This document shows, in pieces, positions 12,036 through 23,756 of a DNA stretch of 64,000 nucleotides. The notes beneath the pieces were generated by a model. It had not been told where the DNA came from. It made no database searches and saw only the letters and a list, made by a program, of their open reading frames with translations. The position numbers and the translations under genes are program-made. How positions within the stretch are numbered: the stretch's first letter is position 1; every line of letters starts with the position of its first letter. The DNA lies in NCBI GenBank assembly GCA_002269645.1, contig NIVC01000201.1, positions 372,001 to 436,000 of the forward strand, read 5' to 3'. The DNA is from Macrostomum lignano (taxonomy: Eukaryota).

Positions 12036-15000
12036 ATTAGATAGATAAAGATAAGTTAGATAACTATATTGAATAAAGAAACATTACTTGAGCCTAAAGC
12101 TTATATATAGCCTCATACTTATTCATAACATGAATACTGTTTCTTAGGCAAAATATCAATGTGTTCTGTTTTATTCAACTTAAATTAACACATCTATCAA
12201 TATTTATATTAGTTTGCTGCATTAGCAAACTTCTATGCCAAAATCCATATGCATTTTTGGTCTATTTGTAAAAGATAATAACAAGATAAATGATGATTAT
12301 TTATAATATATTTCAGCAATTGCAATGAAGAAATGACTTTTATATTACCATGTCAAATGACTACATGGAGAAGGCTCATATAGTATTTGTTTAAAAAACC
12401 AAATGGAGACCCAAACAGTTCCCTGCATTGCAATGCCTAAAGTGTTTCTACTGGAGCCAATTCTGACTGGCACGAAGAACTACATAGCCCCTCATCAACA
12501 CCAAACCCTAAGCCAATGACTGCTACATGGAAAATCCCATTGCACCCTAAGAGTTTTAAGTCATGTGAAGAGCACTTTTGCAATAAGGCTGTATTTGGTG
12601 CACTTCAATGAAGGCTCAATTCTACTATTACACATGTTTTGCTCATTTCTGCTTGGCATGCAAGATTTGTCATGGACAGTTCCTTGCATATTGATTCTTA
12701 GAGTGGAATGTTGAGTTTTATAAGCATTTTTCAAAGAATTATAAGTACACATTTACTCTTCAAACACACTGTAAGAAGCCAGAGTTTTATGCAAATCAAT
12801 TGTGTGGAACACATTGACCTTCAATATTGCTTCATTAAAAGATTAAATCTATGATCTAATACAAAACCTTAGGATAAAAAAATCTAAACTCTTTCTGCTT
12901 TGTTTTAGGGATGCATGTATCAACCAAAAGAAGAAATTATTGGAGCAAAATGAGATATTGCCAGTCAGCACAAGGAAACACAGTTGCTTCTGATTTGTCT
13001 GCTTTTCTAATTGGCAACTATGGTGGTAAGTTGTAATTCTTACAGCTTGAAGATTAGGTCTTGTATATGAAGTATCAGTATATAAGAAGAAACTATTTGT
13101 TTAGCTTTTGCAAGCCTAGCATATTTAAATTTCCCACTTAGCCAAAAAGTGTACTTTTGCAAGGTAGAAAACATATGTTGAGCATAAAAATGTATGATAA
13201 AAGTGATAAGAGAAGCAATATTTAGGTTATAAAAAAAGATACAAATAATTTAGTTGAATATATAAAATAGAACCATATACACAAAGAAGGGCTTTGCATA
13301 GCAGCTAGCAGGAAACCATTTTTGTTGTTCTCACTCCTATTTAGATTCTTATCATATTCTAAATCCTAGGATTCAATCAGGCCTAAATCCCTAGATCACA
13401 ATGGTCAAGGATTCAAAAATCTTGGGATCAACCATTGGGATCTCAACCCTGCTTTGCAATAGTTCCATTATTCATTTTTAAGTAGTATATATAGTATCTA
13501 CAAGTGAGATACTTGTTAGGTGAAAATCATAACCTAGTTTTCCTGCTTTGATTTATTATTTTTTTAATCATATAGGCTTGTAAGTAGAAGGCTAGGGCTA
13601 CAGGGATACAAAATAGTAGCTGTTAGCAAATCATAAGGAGATTTAAGGTGTAATAATGTAGAACTACTTTAATCAGTCTATACATTCAAAACTCCTGGGT
13701 AATAATTGGGATTAGAATAGTGGGACCTTGCTATCAGACCATAACCAAAGCTACCAATTCTTTATCTAGGGCAAATGCCCCTGGGAAAGTGATGCCTAAT
13801 CTTTTTCTACCCTATCTCACGCCATATAGCTCATAAACTAAAATTTCCCAGGTTATATCATAATCAAGTTTGATTTTACTGAGCTGATAGTGGCGTATAA
13901 AAGTATATCTATTATGCCAGCCTGTACATAACACACTAATTCAGAGCCCATTGTCAGTTTCTTATTTGCAAATCCTTTATGGCTTCTTAAACCAAAATTG
14001 CTCTAATAGAGATTACCAATTGATAAAGATTATGGGATTGGCAAAACTTGGGATTTTATATTCCTAGATCCCATTCCACAACAGTTTTTATCTAATGTGC
14101 CTAAGCCTAATGCTTTTAGTGTTTAGCCCTTTTACTTTGCTGTTTCTGATCAATCAACATTCTGAGTCATAAGACTTGAACTACTGTGGCACTATAACCA
14201 AAATCACTAAAATGCCATTAGCTAAAAGAATAGAGACAGCACCAAGAGGAACTGAAGGAGGCAGCCAAGAAAATTAATAAGGAAATTAATTGATTGGTCT
14301 TGCCCTTGCAATTTTCATTTATTTTGAATTTGAATTAATAAATAAATTGAAAGTGTAGTACAGTTGCATAATGTTTAGAATCAGCATTTTTAAACTTTGG
14401 TTGCTTCTAACACAGAATTGAATTATTGGCCTGGTTGTCACAAATTGACATAATAGCAGGTTAGGGTGCCCTTAGATTTACAAAAAAATGTATATGCAAT
14501 GTCCTACCAATAGCTTTCCTACTTGGAAATATGTTTCAACACTACTAATAGCAACATGCAAAGAAAATATAGTGGTTAAATAGAAGATATAATATAGAGC
14601 TATATGATCAAACAGCAATACAATAGTAGAAGACTTAATTTAATAGCTTGTAGCAGTCATTTTTACTAATTTGTACTTTATTTATAAATTCCTAAGACCT
14701 TTATTCTATCAATAATGCATCCTTGCCCAAAGACATAAAACCAATACTGTACCGATGCAAACTAATGTTAAAGCCCCCTGTGCATCAAGTGACAAAATAC
14801 ACTCGCATTTCCACTGTTAATAAATTCTACTTGTAGTAGCAGCTACAAACTAGCTAAGTAAGCCATCAAGCTATATGATTAATTTTTTTTACTTAACCTA
14901 GACCATTAAAATTTAAACCAATGACTAAAAAGTTGCTATATAGGATTATGGGATTAAAGAATATGGATGTAGTACTTAATTAGATTCCGAGGCATTTAGG

Positions 15001-16458
15001 CCTGATAAGACGTCATAGTTACTCCACTCTAGAATAGAGTGGGTATAAAGAAAATGGGTAGTGAATGTTCAATTTGGTCTAGCTTGGATGTTGTTATATG
15101 TAATATAAATTCCAAGAGTCACTGTCAAAATTTGTCAAACCTGATGCATCACCTACTTAAACATTTGCATTAACATGGAATACTACATGTACCATTATTT
15201 TACTACTTGAAGTTTTAATGCAATGCTATATTTTATGAAGTCTGTGAGCTGTATTTATTCATTATTATTATGACAATGGCATGCTACATATACCATTTTA
15301 AATAATTTTAGTACTTTGATTTTTTTGCAATACTAGGCCTACTACAATGCACTGCTACGCACTCAAATTCACCCTCACCAAAACACTTCTATGAATTAGA
15401 CTAAAATTTGTATATCAAACTTGGACAAAATGTTGTACCCAATAGATGAAATGCCATACCCTTCAGACAAAATGTCTTATCCAAACAAAGAGACCTGGGC
15501 AAAAAAGTCTTTGGACAAAATGTCTTATTCCTCTTGTGTGCATGTTAGGATCAAATAATGCAACATGTAACACTACTATATGCAACACCATCAACATAGA
15601 ATATAAGGAATAAGGAACTTAGTCTAGACTCTAAGATTAAGACTTAAGAGTAGCAAAGAATGGGAATGCTCTAAAAGCAAAGATAAATATAATACCAAAT
15701 TATGTTCCAATCCCAACCTTAGGCTACAGGCTTATCCAATGTTCTTTTCTATAATATTAGGCCTAGAAGTTTGTTGAGCTATTGAGCTACCTGGCATAAT
15801 CTTACAATAATATAGTCATAGATAGTTACACCCCTAGGCCTAAACATAATATAGACACTTGCAGTATACCTAAGTAGTATTCCTATTTGTATGGCCTCAT
15901 TTTAATCAGAAACACCAATGAACTCTATTAAAATTAGTTGAAAAGTAACAAAACATAGTACCACATTATATTATGCTTTTGTGGTTTTTATGATTGAAAA
16001 CTATTGGAAACTTTTATTAGAGCATTTTTGGAGCACATTTTTACTTAATTATAGAATTCAAAACTAGGAAACATTGTCTATAGGTATATATCTGATGATA
16101 TGGCCTCATTTCAATTAAAAGCGCCAGTTAACCTTATGAATATTACTTTTACATTGCTTTGCAATGTAATTTTCTTGCCTTTCAGCCATCTGCTAGTGAC
16201 TGCGACCAGCATGTGCTTAAGGCACTGCAGGTTTTGTTTAAGTTGGTTGCTGTTTCTGTTTCTGATTTCTGCTCCGGCACTTCAAAATCAGTTTACTCTG
16301 CTCTGTTAAGCCAGTTAAATGTACTTTATCTAGGTAATTATAGTGAAAAAGATTTAAACTTCACTGTGATATTCAGCAAAATAGACGACAGTTGAAGAGC
16401 AACCTTTTTTTACTCAAGCGCCAGATGAAGTTTTCAGTTTAAAACCACAGTTTAAAAC

Positions 16459-16627
16459 TTCCAGAATCTGCCCCTGGGTCTTTACCCTCCAGAATCCACC
16501 TTTGGGTCTTTACTTTCCAGAATCCACCTTTGGGTCTTTACTTTCCAGAATCCGCTTTAGGTATTTACTTTCTAGAATTTGCCCCCTGGGTCTTTACCTT
16601 CTAGAATCTGCCTCCTAGGTCTTTACT
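16459..16627. repeat. Degenerate minisatellite, 28-bp unit, about 6 copies
   Basis: CCAGAATC recurs at 16461, 16489, 16517, 16545. Confidence 0.85.
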
Positions 16628-17056
16628 ATAATACTACATTTGTACCTTCATTATTGGCCTGCCACCATCTCACTTTCCTTCAATTGTTATAGTTGGTAGG
16701 CCCTATGGAAATAGTATAGTTAAAATTGTTAAAAGCTACAAGAATAAACAAATGAGTTTTTATTTTAGAATATATTTTAACGAAATTGTCCTAATTAAAT
16801 GTTTATAATATAATTTACTATTTTGCAATCTAAATTACTAATAATAATACACCATAATAGTAGTATGGTGTATGGCATAATAATAGTAATAATAATAGTA
16901 TTAGAAATATATTACTAATAAGCCTAATAATAAATAAGAATTTGAAAAACAAAATGAAGAGAGAATAATATTATAATTGAATTTAAAGGGATAACTCAAA
17001 AAGCATATTATTTCGTATCCTATAAAATTATTAATAACTTATTACATTTAGCCATT

Positions 17057-17262
17057 GTATATTTTTATAGGCCTATATAGATTAATTAAAGCCTATAATA
17101 CCCCTTATACCACTATAATATCCATTACTATAATATTGATAGGCCCCCTATAATTGGCCCCCTATAATTACTATACTGCCATGATTTAGGTTATTATATT
17201 AGTTAACTATACTGTGGGTATTATAGCCTTTAATTAATCTATATAGGCCTATAAAAATATAC
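17057..17262. mobile_element. Foldback/MITE-like element with 47-bp inverted arms
   Basis: 17057-17103 is the reverse complement of 17216-17262 with one mismatch; possible TA TSD. Confidence 0.65.
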
Positions 17263-18207
17263 TTTTGTTCCTAACAGCTAAGTTTCCAACTAAGGAAAAG
17301 CTATCCGTGCCATGAATTATACTAGGGCCTATTTATATGATCTAATTGTCATTTCTACTACTAGGCCTATTTATATGCATAAAGCAAATATATCACTTTT
17401 GACTAAATATAGGCCCCTATTGTTATTTGTTTGTATAATCTTTTTATTTTCAAGTAGGCCCTACTAAGAATTTTAGATAGGCCTAGGCCTGCACTAGGAG
17501 GGCTGGCTAATGCATTAGGGGCCAATGACTAGCTATCTACCACAATCTACATATATAGTCAGAATTAGATAGGCCTATTGTGTTGATTGTTTATAGTGAC
17601 TTATTGTATTTGTATAATAGAGTTCCACATTAGCTAGAACTAGGCCTAAGCTAAGGCCTAAGCCATATTACTCCTAGAGCCTCTTTATATCGCCAGTTTA
17701 AAAAATGGAACCAGTTCTAAACCAGTTTGACACTCTTCATGATGGTTAAAAAACAGAATCAGTTCCAGAACATGGTTCTGGTTCTAGAATATGGTTCAAG
17801 AAAGTTTCTCAAACTGTTGCCATGTTTATATTTTAACAGTAAAATATTTTAAATTGTCAATTTTTTATTATTGTTATATAATTATTCCTTTTTTCTCATA
17901 TCCAAGAAATAGGCCTAAAGTCAAAGAACGACAAAATTAAATTGTAAAGACTATCAAACATAAAATGGGTTCGAAGCTCCTCATTTTACATAGGTTCTGG
18001 TTCTAAAACTGATTGCCATGAAGAGGCTCCTAGTCTTTCATTTTCCATTAGTTTTAGCAAAGGCCTACACTGACACAACTTATTAGGGCCTAGGCCCTAG
18101 GCCGTAGGGTAATGGCTAGGGTTCCAGCACTAGAACCCATTTACTAATGGCTAAGGATCCGGCAGTCTTCTGCAGGCAGTTATCTATAGGCCTAAGGCTT
18201 TTCATAT

Positions 18208-19300
18208 TGTGGCAGGCGAGCGAGATGCCACGAAGTATGATCTGAAAACTTACATTTTGAACTTATTGTGCATGCGGTATGCCCTTAACATGGAATAACG
18301 TCACTCCCGTTGCGGTGTTTCTTTTCCGCCTGTTCCAGTTTTGTTTGTCACATGTAACGGGGATTTGCTTATTATTTTTTGTTTTTTAAGTGTTTTATGC
18401 CGCACCGCCTCTTGTCCTTATTGCGTATTTTCTGCCCCCTGAAACATGTCCACCCCGTGTCCATGTTGCGTGGTCAATGTCCCTTTTTATATATATATCG
18501 CGATGAATTTTGCATGTTGGTTAGAAGTTGGGCATTGTTTAAAGTTTTAATTTTTTAATTTTAGTATTTATTTTCTCTCCTGCTCTACGTTTCTTTTACT
18601 TCTTCGTGGTTGGTTTTGCCCCCGATTTCCTCTAAGAAGCGTCGTGATTAATATCTATCTTTGCTTATTCAGCCTGCTCTAATAAGACTTTATAAATTTA
18701 ATAAACTTAATAACTTCATTAACAACCATTTATTCATTAATCCAAAGCCACAGTATTTTCTTGAGTCATTTGCCCGTGGGGTGTAAAATAACCAAGTTCT
18801 CATCTCAAAGAAAGCTCTGAGGCTTTTTCGTTCCGTAATACATAAATTACGGTGGTGGCAGCAACAACCCTACTGAAAGTAACGAGTTCAGATAATCGAC
18901 GCATTAATTTACAGAGTCAGAAACCTCTGGTGTTTCAATGCTTTGAACGACTGCGCCACTAACGACCGCTCTGCTACGATTACGACTAGGGCCTACCCTC
19001 CCCCTGGAACTTGAGGACTCCGGCTGTCGGAGTAAAAGGAGAAGATTTTCGTTGTGATTCGTCTGCGCGATTTTACAGCTTCATTCGTGTTTCATCAACA
19101 CCGGTGGCAATTCAAACGAGGAATCCGCCCCACCTCTGGGCTCTGGTGTCAGCAAATTTTTCAAACCCAAGAATTCCAAGAAAATTCTTCTCCACCCCCA
19201 CCTCAATATTACCAATTCCAGAATCAGAATTGGTTCAGATCTTCCAAGAAAAACAGCAGTATAACTATTTAATTCTGTTGAATGTTTGACTGCCTTAACA
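18208..19300 (+). mobile_element. Solo-LTR-like element 1 (about 1.09 kb)
   Basis: Starts TGTGGCAGG, ends CTGCCTTAACA; shares long blocks with 19890-20988; no PBS or internal ORF; TSD not evident. Orientation arbitrary. Confidence 0.45.
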
Positions 19301-19889
19301 ACTTCACGGCTCACTTAGCAAAATTTTTCACTTTCTTCTTGACAATACAATTGTCATTCAATATTAAAAACTTTATAGCACGTATCTCCCTCTAGTTATG
19401 GAGACAAAAAGTTATACTTCACAAAATGGTTCTGGTTCTGGAACCAGAACAAGCAATATGAAAAGGCCCTATTAATGAAGTCTTGAACATTAGAAGTGTC
19501 TTGATTTGAATCTCATCGTTTCGTTTTGATCTTATCTTGAACAAAATCTCAATATCAACCACCCGTTAAAAAGTAAAATGTTTCTGCTATATTATACCCA
19601 TAAATTGCACTACTGGAATACATGTACATACCACTGCTGGATCCATAGCCGTTAGAAAATGGGTTCCGGTGCCGGAACTCTAGCCATTGCCACTTAATTA
19701 GACCTCTTAAATTTTTGGCGGTTGCATGCACGTTGGCATGTTATAGGCCTAGTATTAAAAATTCAAAAGAATTTCTTTCTAAAAATTTAATACAGCGTAA
19801 ACACTCGCTACGAGGATAATATATCGTTGTAGTGTACCGTGCCAATAAGTAAGTTCAAGTTTTCTACAACAAGCACTACCTTTTAAATA

Positions 19890-20988
19890 TGTGGCAGGTG
19901 GCTGCCCCTGTTTCTTTAATATTTATTTTTGCAGTTTTAAAACTTTCAAAATTCAAAATTGATGCTTCACGTTAAGTGCACATTTCCCAAGCCGGGACAG
20001 TTTTTCGAAAAGTTTATCACGCACCCCATCCCGCTATGGGATTTCTTTAATTCCCATCCCGTGTAAGTGTTTCCCTCCGTATGCCCCCTTTCGTATCACG
20101 CTTAATTGTATGTTTTTGTTACTTTGCTGCCGCTGGACCAAACGCGTATGTGTAATTTTCCTTATTCTGGTCCAGCCGCGGTTTTCGCTCATTTTTGCTT
20201 ATATACGAGTATGTGTGAGTTTATGTTTTTTAACCCTTTTTCTCGGCTCCGCTTACGTCCATCTCTCTCTCTCTCCGTTTTGTTTGTCTTTGCCTATCTT
20301 AGTTGTATAAGTTTTGGTCAATTTATTAGTTAATTAGTCGTCGCACCGCGGCACGCCGAGTCCATCTCCGTCAATAATTAAATAATCTATCAGTTATCCT
20401 GCTCAAACCAATAAATAAAATTAATATCCCGCCAGTTTATTAATATTCATTCGTTGACATTAAGCCATAGCCTATCTTGAGTAATTTTGCCAGTGGGGCG
20501 TTAAATAACCAAGTTTTCTCAGCTCAAAGAAAGCTCAGAGACTGATTCGTTCCGTAATACGTAAATTACGGTGGTGGCAGCTCTACCCTACTGAAAGTAA
20601 CAAGCTCAGCAAATCGACACATTAATTTACGGTGTCCGTATCTCCGGTGTTTCATCGCTTTGAACGACCGCGCCGCTACACGACCGCTCCGCTACGACTG
20701 CAACTATACCCTCCCCCCGGACTTGAGAACCCGGCTGTCGGAGTACAACAGGAGAAGAAATTTCGTTGTGATTCGTCTGCGCGTTTTTTCCGGTTTTATT
20801 CGTGCGAACTCATTTTATTCGGCAATTCAAACGAGGAATCCGCCCCACCTCACTGGTGTCTGCAAATTCAAAACAACCGTGCAAGAAAAGATCTTCTCCA
20901 CCCCCACCTCAAATATACCTGAGCGCATTAAAATAAAATTCACAAACAAAATCTATGCGTTAGCCTGGGTTTAAAGCAAAGCGCCACG
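19890..20988 (+). mobile_element. Solo-LTR-like element 2 (about 1.10 kb)
   Basis: Starts TGTGGCAGG, ends GCCACG (degenerate GCCACA); flanks AAATA/AAATG (4 of 5 TSD match); colinear similarity with element 1. Confidence 0.5.
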
Positions 20989-21594
20989 AAATGTACTTTT
21001 TAGATTTTACATACTGCGATGCATAAGTTCTAAAAGATTCTTCAACGCAATCCGCCGCCGGACTAGTTACACAGCTTAGTCTACTCGAAAATTATCGTAT
21101 AATTAGAAATAGCTGTATAGGTGTGAGAATAGCTCAGCAAAAACAATTCTAGCATGATTTGCAAATGCTTATGTACTTAATTTTTACCTTTCTTTTTTGC
21201 ACGACCCGTTTGAAACCTTTTAAAGGCAGTAATTAGGTTCACCCCCCCCAGAATATAACAAACAACTGCTCTCCTAAAGACTAGAGGCCACGCGCAAGTC
21301 TAAAACTCTATGCGCAAGTATGACTTTTCGTGTGCTATAGAATAAATATATTTTTCAGTCTGATTTTTAAGGAAAAATTTGGGTGAACCCGAGTAGGGGT
21401 GCATGAATTCAGTAGTTAGTCAGTTTGCAAGCGTCTGCTCATGCAGATCCGTTAAATTTGGACAATTCCCAGAAAAGACGTCCGTATATTACGTCCTTCT
21501 TTGCGTTAGCCTATACGTCAAAGTGGATGTACGTCAAGTACTCAAAGTGAAAAGAATATGAATTTTTAGATTAAATGGAACTCTAGAAGTAAAA

Positions 21595-21905
21595 GTCTTA
21601 GTTTAGCAACGTCTGACTCTCGCAGCGTAAAGCAAACGTAACCCCCAACCAAGCCATTGAGCTACAATTTGTGTCCTTGAGCAAGACAATTAACTCTGCA
21701 TTGCTTCAGTTCACTTAGCTGTAAAATGGGTGCCAGCGTTAGCTGGGGTAATTGAGGGTGTGTGTGGCGACCCCCTGTCCTTGGACTGAACAGCCGTACG
21801 CAGCCTTCAGATGCGCCGCGCAATAGCTGCTTCTGAGCTGTCGGTTGCATATCTGCCCATTAGGGCAGGTGTAATCGCAAATTCAATTAAAATTATAATT
21901 TAATA
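21595..21905 (+). mobile_element. Degraded CORE-like SINE
   Basis: TGTGTCCTTGAGCAAGACAATTAAC...CAGTT...CTGTAAAATGGG (about 21670-21731) resembles the MIR/CORE-SINE central domain; AAT-rich tail; tRNA head degenerate. Confidence 0.5.
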
Positions 21906-22239
21906 GTTGCATGTGCATACATGTACTAATTTATTGTTGTGTCCGGTTACGCATGCACCGATGAGCAATCTCTGGATCTCGGGGCCGCGGGCATTGCACT
22001 TAACAACCATTTCCCCACAGCATTTGTTTAACCCTCCCACATTTGGCTGTCTGCCCCGGCTCGTGTGGCATGTCCAAAAATGTCCTGATTGGCTAGTACA
22101 TGTACCCCTCGTCCCAGGCGGGGGGGGAGGGGGACATGTCCCCCCAGTATAAAAGCTTTGGGGGGACATGCCAATGCTTTGTCCCCCACCCCACCAATTG
22201 TGACTCGTTGTGGTAATCAATAATTTTTCTTCAGGGCGT

Positions 22240-22600
22240 CAAAATGAGAGCCTACGGCGCTAAATGAGTGCCTGCGGCTCTAAAATGAGTGCCTGTGGCG
22301 CTAAAATGAGTGCCTGTGGCGCTAAAATGAGTGCCTGTGGCGCTAAAATGAGTGCCTGCGGCTCTAAAATGAGTGCCTGTGGCGCTAAAATGAGTGCCTG
22401 TGGCGCTAAAATGAGTGCCTGTGGCGCTAATGAGTGCCTGCGGCTCTAAAATGAGTGCCTGTGGCGCTAAAATGAGTGCCTGCGGCGCCAAAAGATCAGA
22501 GTTCCTGCGGCGCCAAAATGAGTGCCTGCGGCGCCAAAATGAGTGCCTGCGGCGCTAATGAGTGCCTGTGGCGCTAAAAAGAAGTGCCTGCGGTGCCAAA
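22240..22600. repeat. Minisatellite, 21-bp unit AAAATGAGTGCCTGTGGCGCT, about 16 copies
   Basis: Direct inspection. Confidence 0.95.
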
Positions 22601-23164
22601 CTGTAGCCATGTAACTTTACCTAACAGCTGTCCTGAGGCTCGACTCTCTCCTCACTTCTTTCCGGGATTGTGTCTCGGGAACATACGGTCCGGGCCGGAC
22701 TCTCGTAGGAGGGACTGACCGCGGTCACTCGACTCGACACGTACGTAGTTAGCTCGTACTACTCTGCTAGTGGATGCTATGTTTAAGACCGCGCCGTGTC
22801 GTAAGTATAAAATAGTTATTATCGTTCTGTCTTCACTGTTTTCTCGTAGTTTGATGGAACTACTATGCATTTCATAGTCGACGACGCTATCTAAAAATTA
22901 GCAGATTTTTGTGAAGTTGATATTCAAAGAAAAAATGACTGTATAAAACAATTTCCAGCTTAAAAATTATCAGACGGATAGAATTGTTTGAAGACCTTGT
23001 AGTAACGAATAAAATATTGGATGTTATATATCATAAATATTTCAACTAAACAATAGCTGTTGCGCTATTATAATGGGGTAGTGCAGGGGAAACAGCAAAG
23101 CCTTATAAGTACAGGAAAAAGTGCCGGCCGAAATAGCCAAGCAAAGAACAGGCGGACATCGGGC

Positions 23165-23250
23165 GTGCCTGCGAGACGATATATCGTCCGGATGGAGACT
23201 GTTGAGTCAACAGCTTTGCCCCATCAGGAGTCATAGGTCCGAGTCGCCTG
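23165..23250 (-). promoter_or_regulatory. Type II (form 2) SECIS element of SELENON
   Basis: Minus strand: AUGA(23234-23231) C UCCUGAUGGGG C AAA G CUGUUG-ACU-CAACAG U CUCCAUCCGGA C GA U. Helix II has 10 of 11 positions paired, apical AAA, 6-bp helix III, tandem GA core, imperfect helix I (GCGA..GAC/GUC.UCGC). Confidence 0.88.
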
Positions 23251-23756
23251 CTAATTGAGGACTAAACCGGTGCATGGGCACGGTGCCCCAGTGATCGACT
23301 TGCAGCAGAACTTGCTCAGACAGACCGCAATCTGAGTAAGCTTTGCTGTACCATCGAGCACTTGATCGGAGCGAAGATAACTACCACAGGTGTACAGAGT
23401 CGCGAATTTGAGATTAATTCTCTTGCTTTAAGCCACAAAATTGGTTTACACACAGCAGATATATAATAAAGTCTTTAATAGAAAATAGTGGCAGAGTAAA
23501 AGTAAAACTTAATTTAAAGTACAAATGTACTTGTAGAAAAAAAATTGTCCTGCCAAAATATGCTCATTCTGTCGGAAAAAAAAATGAACGGATTTTTAAA
23601 TTAATAAAATTCACACCACTGCAGCTTTGGACCGGTCTTTTGGTTTAGAAAATGTAAATTAGGAATGCATTAAATAACTGATATTGGTAGGGAGCTCCTT
23701 GGGATTGGATTGGATGATAGCTCGTGCATGCAAGAGACTTCTAGTAATTTGGCAGG

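Larger units (their letters stand above)
7834..16331 (+). pseudogene. Decayed multi-exon coding relic of unknown identity (possibly a gene of a large DNA transposon) in a CpG-depleted AT-rich block
   Basis: Coding-like frame 7885-8265 flanked by in-frame stops. B-box-like Cys/His pattern at 8851-8950 with an internal TAG. AG..GT-bounded segments at about 10860-10985 (TGA/TAA stops), 12909-13027 (one frame open) and 16187-16331 (open). Confidence 0.3.

Noticed and set aside
18208-20988. A single TRIM/LTR retrotransposon bounded by the two 1.1-kb repeats
   Set aside because: The repeats are too diverged for sister LTRs, there is no PBS or PPT between them, and the second has its own near-TSD.
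22801-22808. ATACTTAC on the minus strand resembling the U1 snRNA 5' end
   Set aside because: Only 8 nt match and no U1 stem-loops follow; it is simply the complement of a + strand GTAAGTAT donor.
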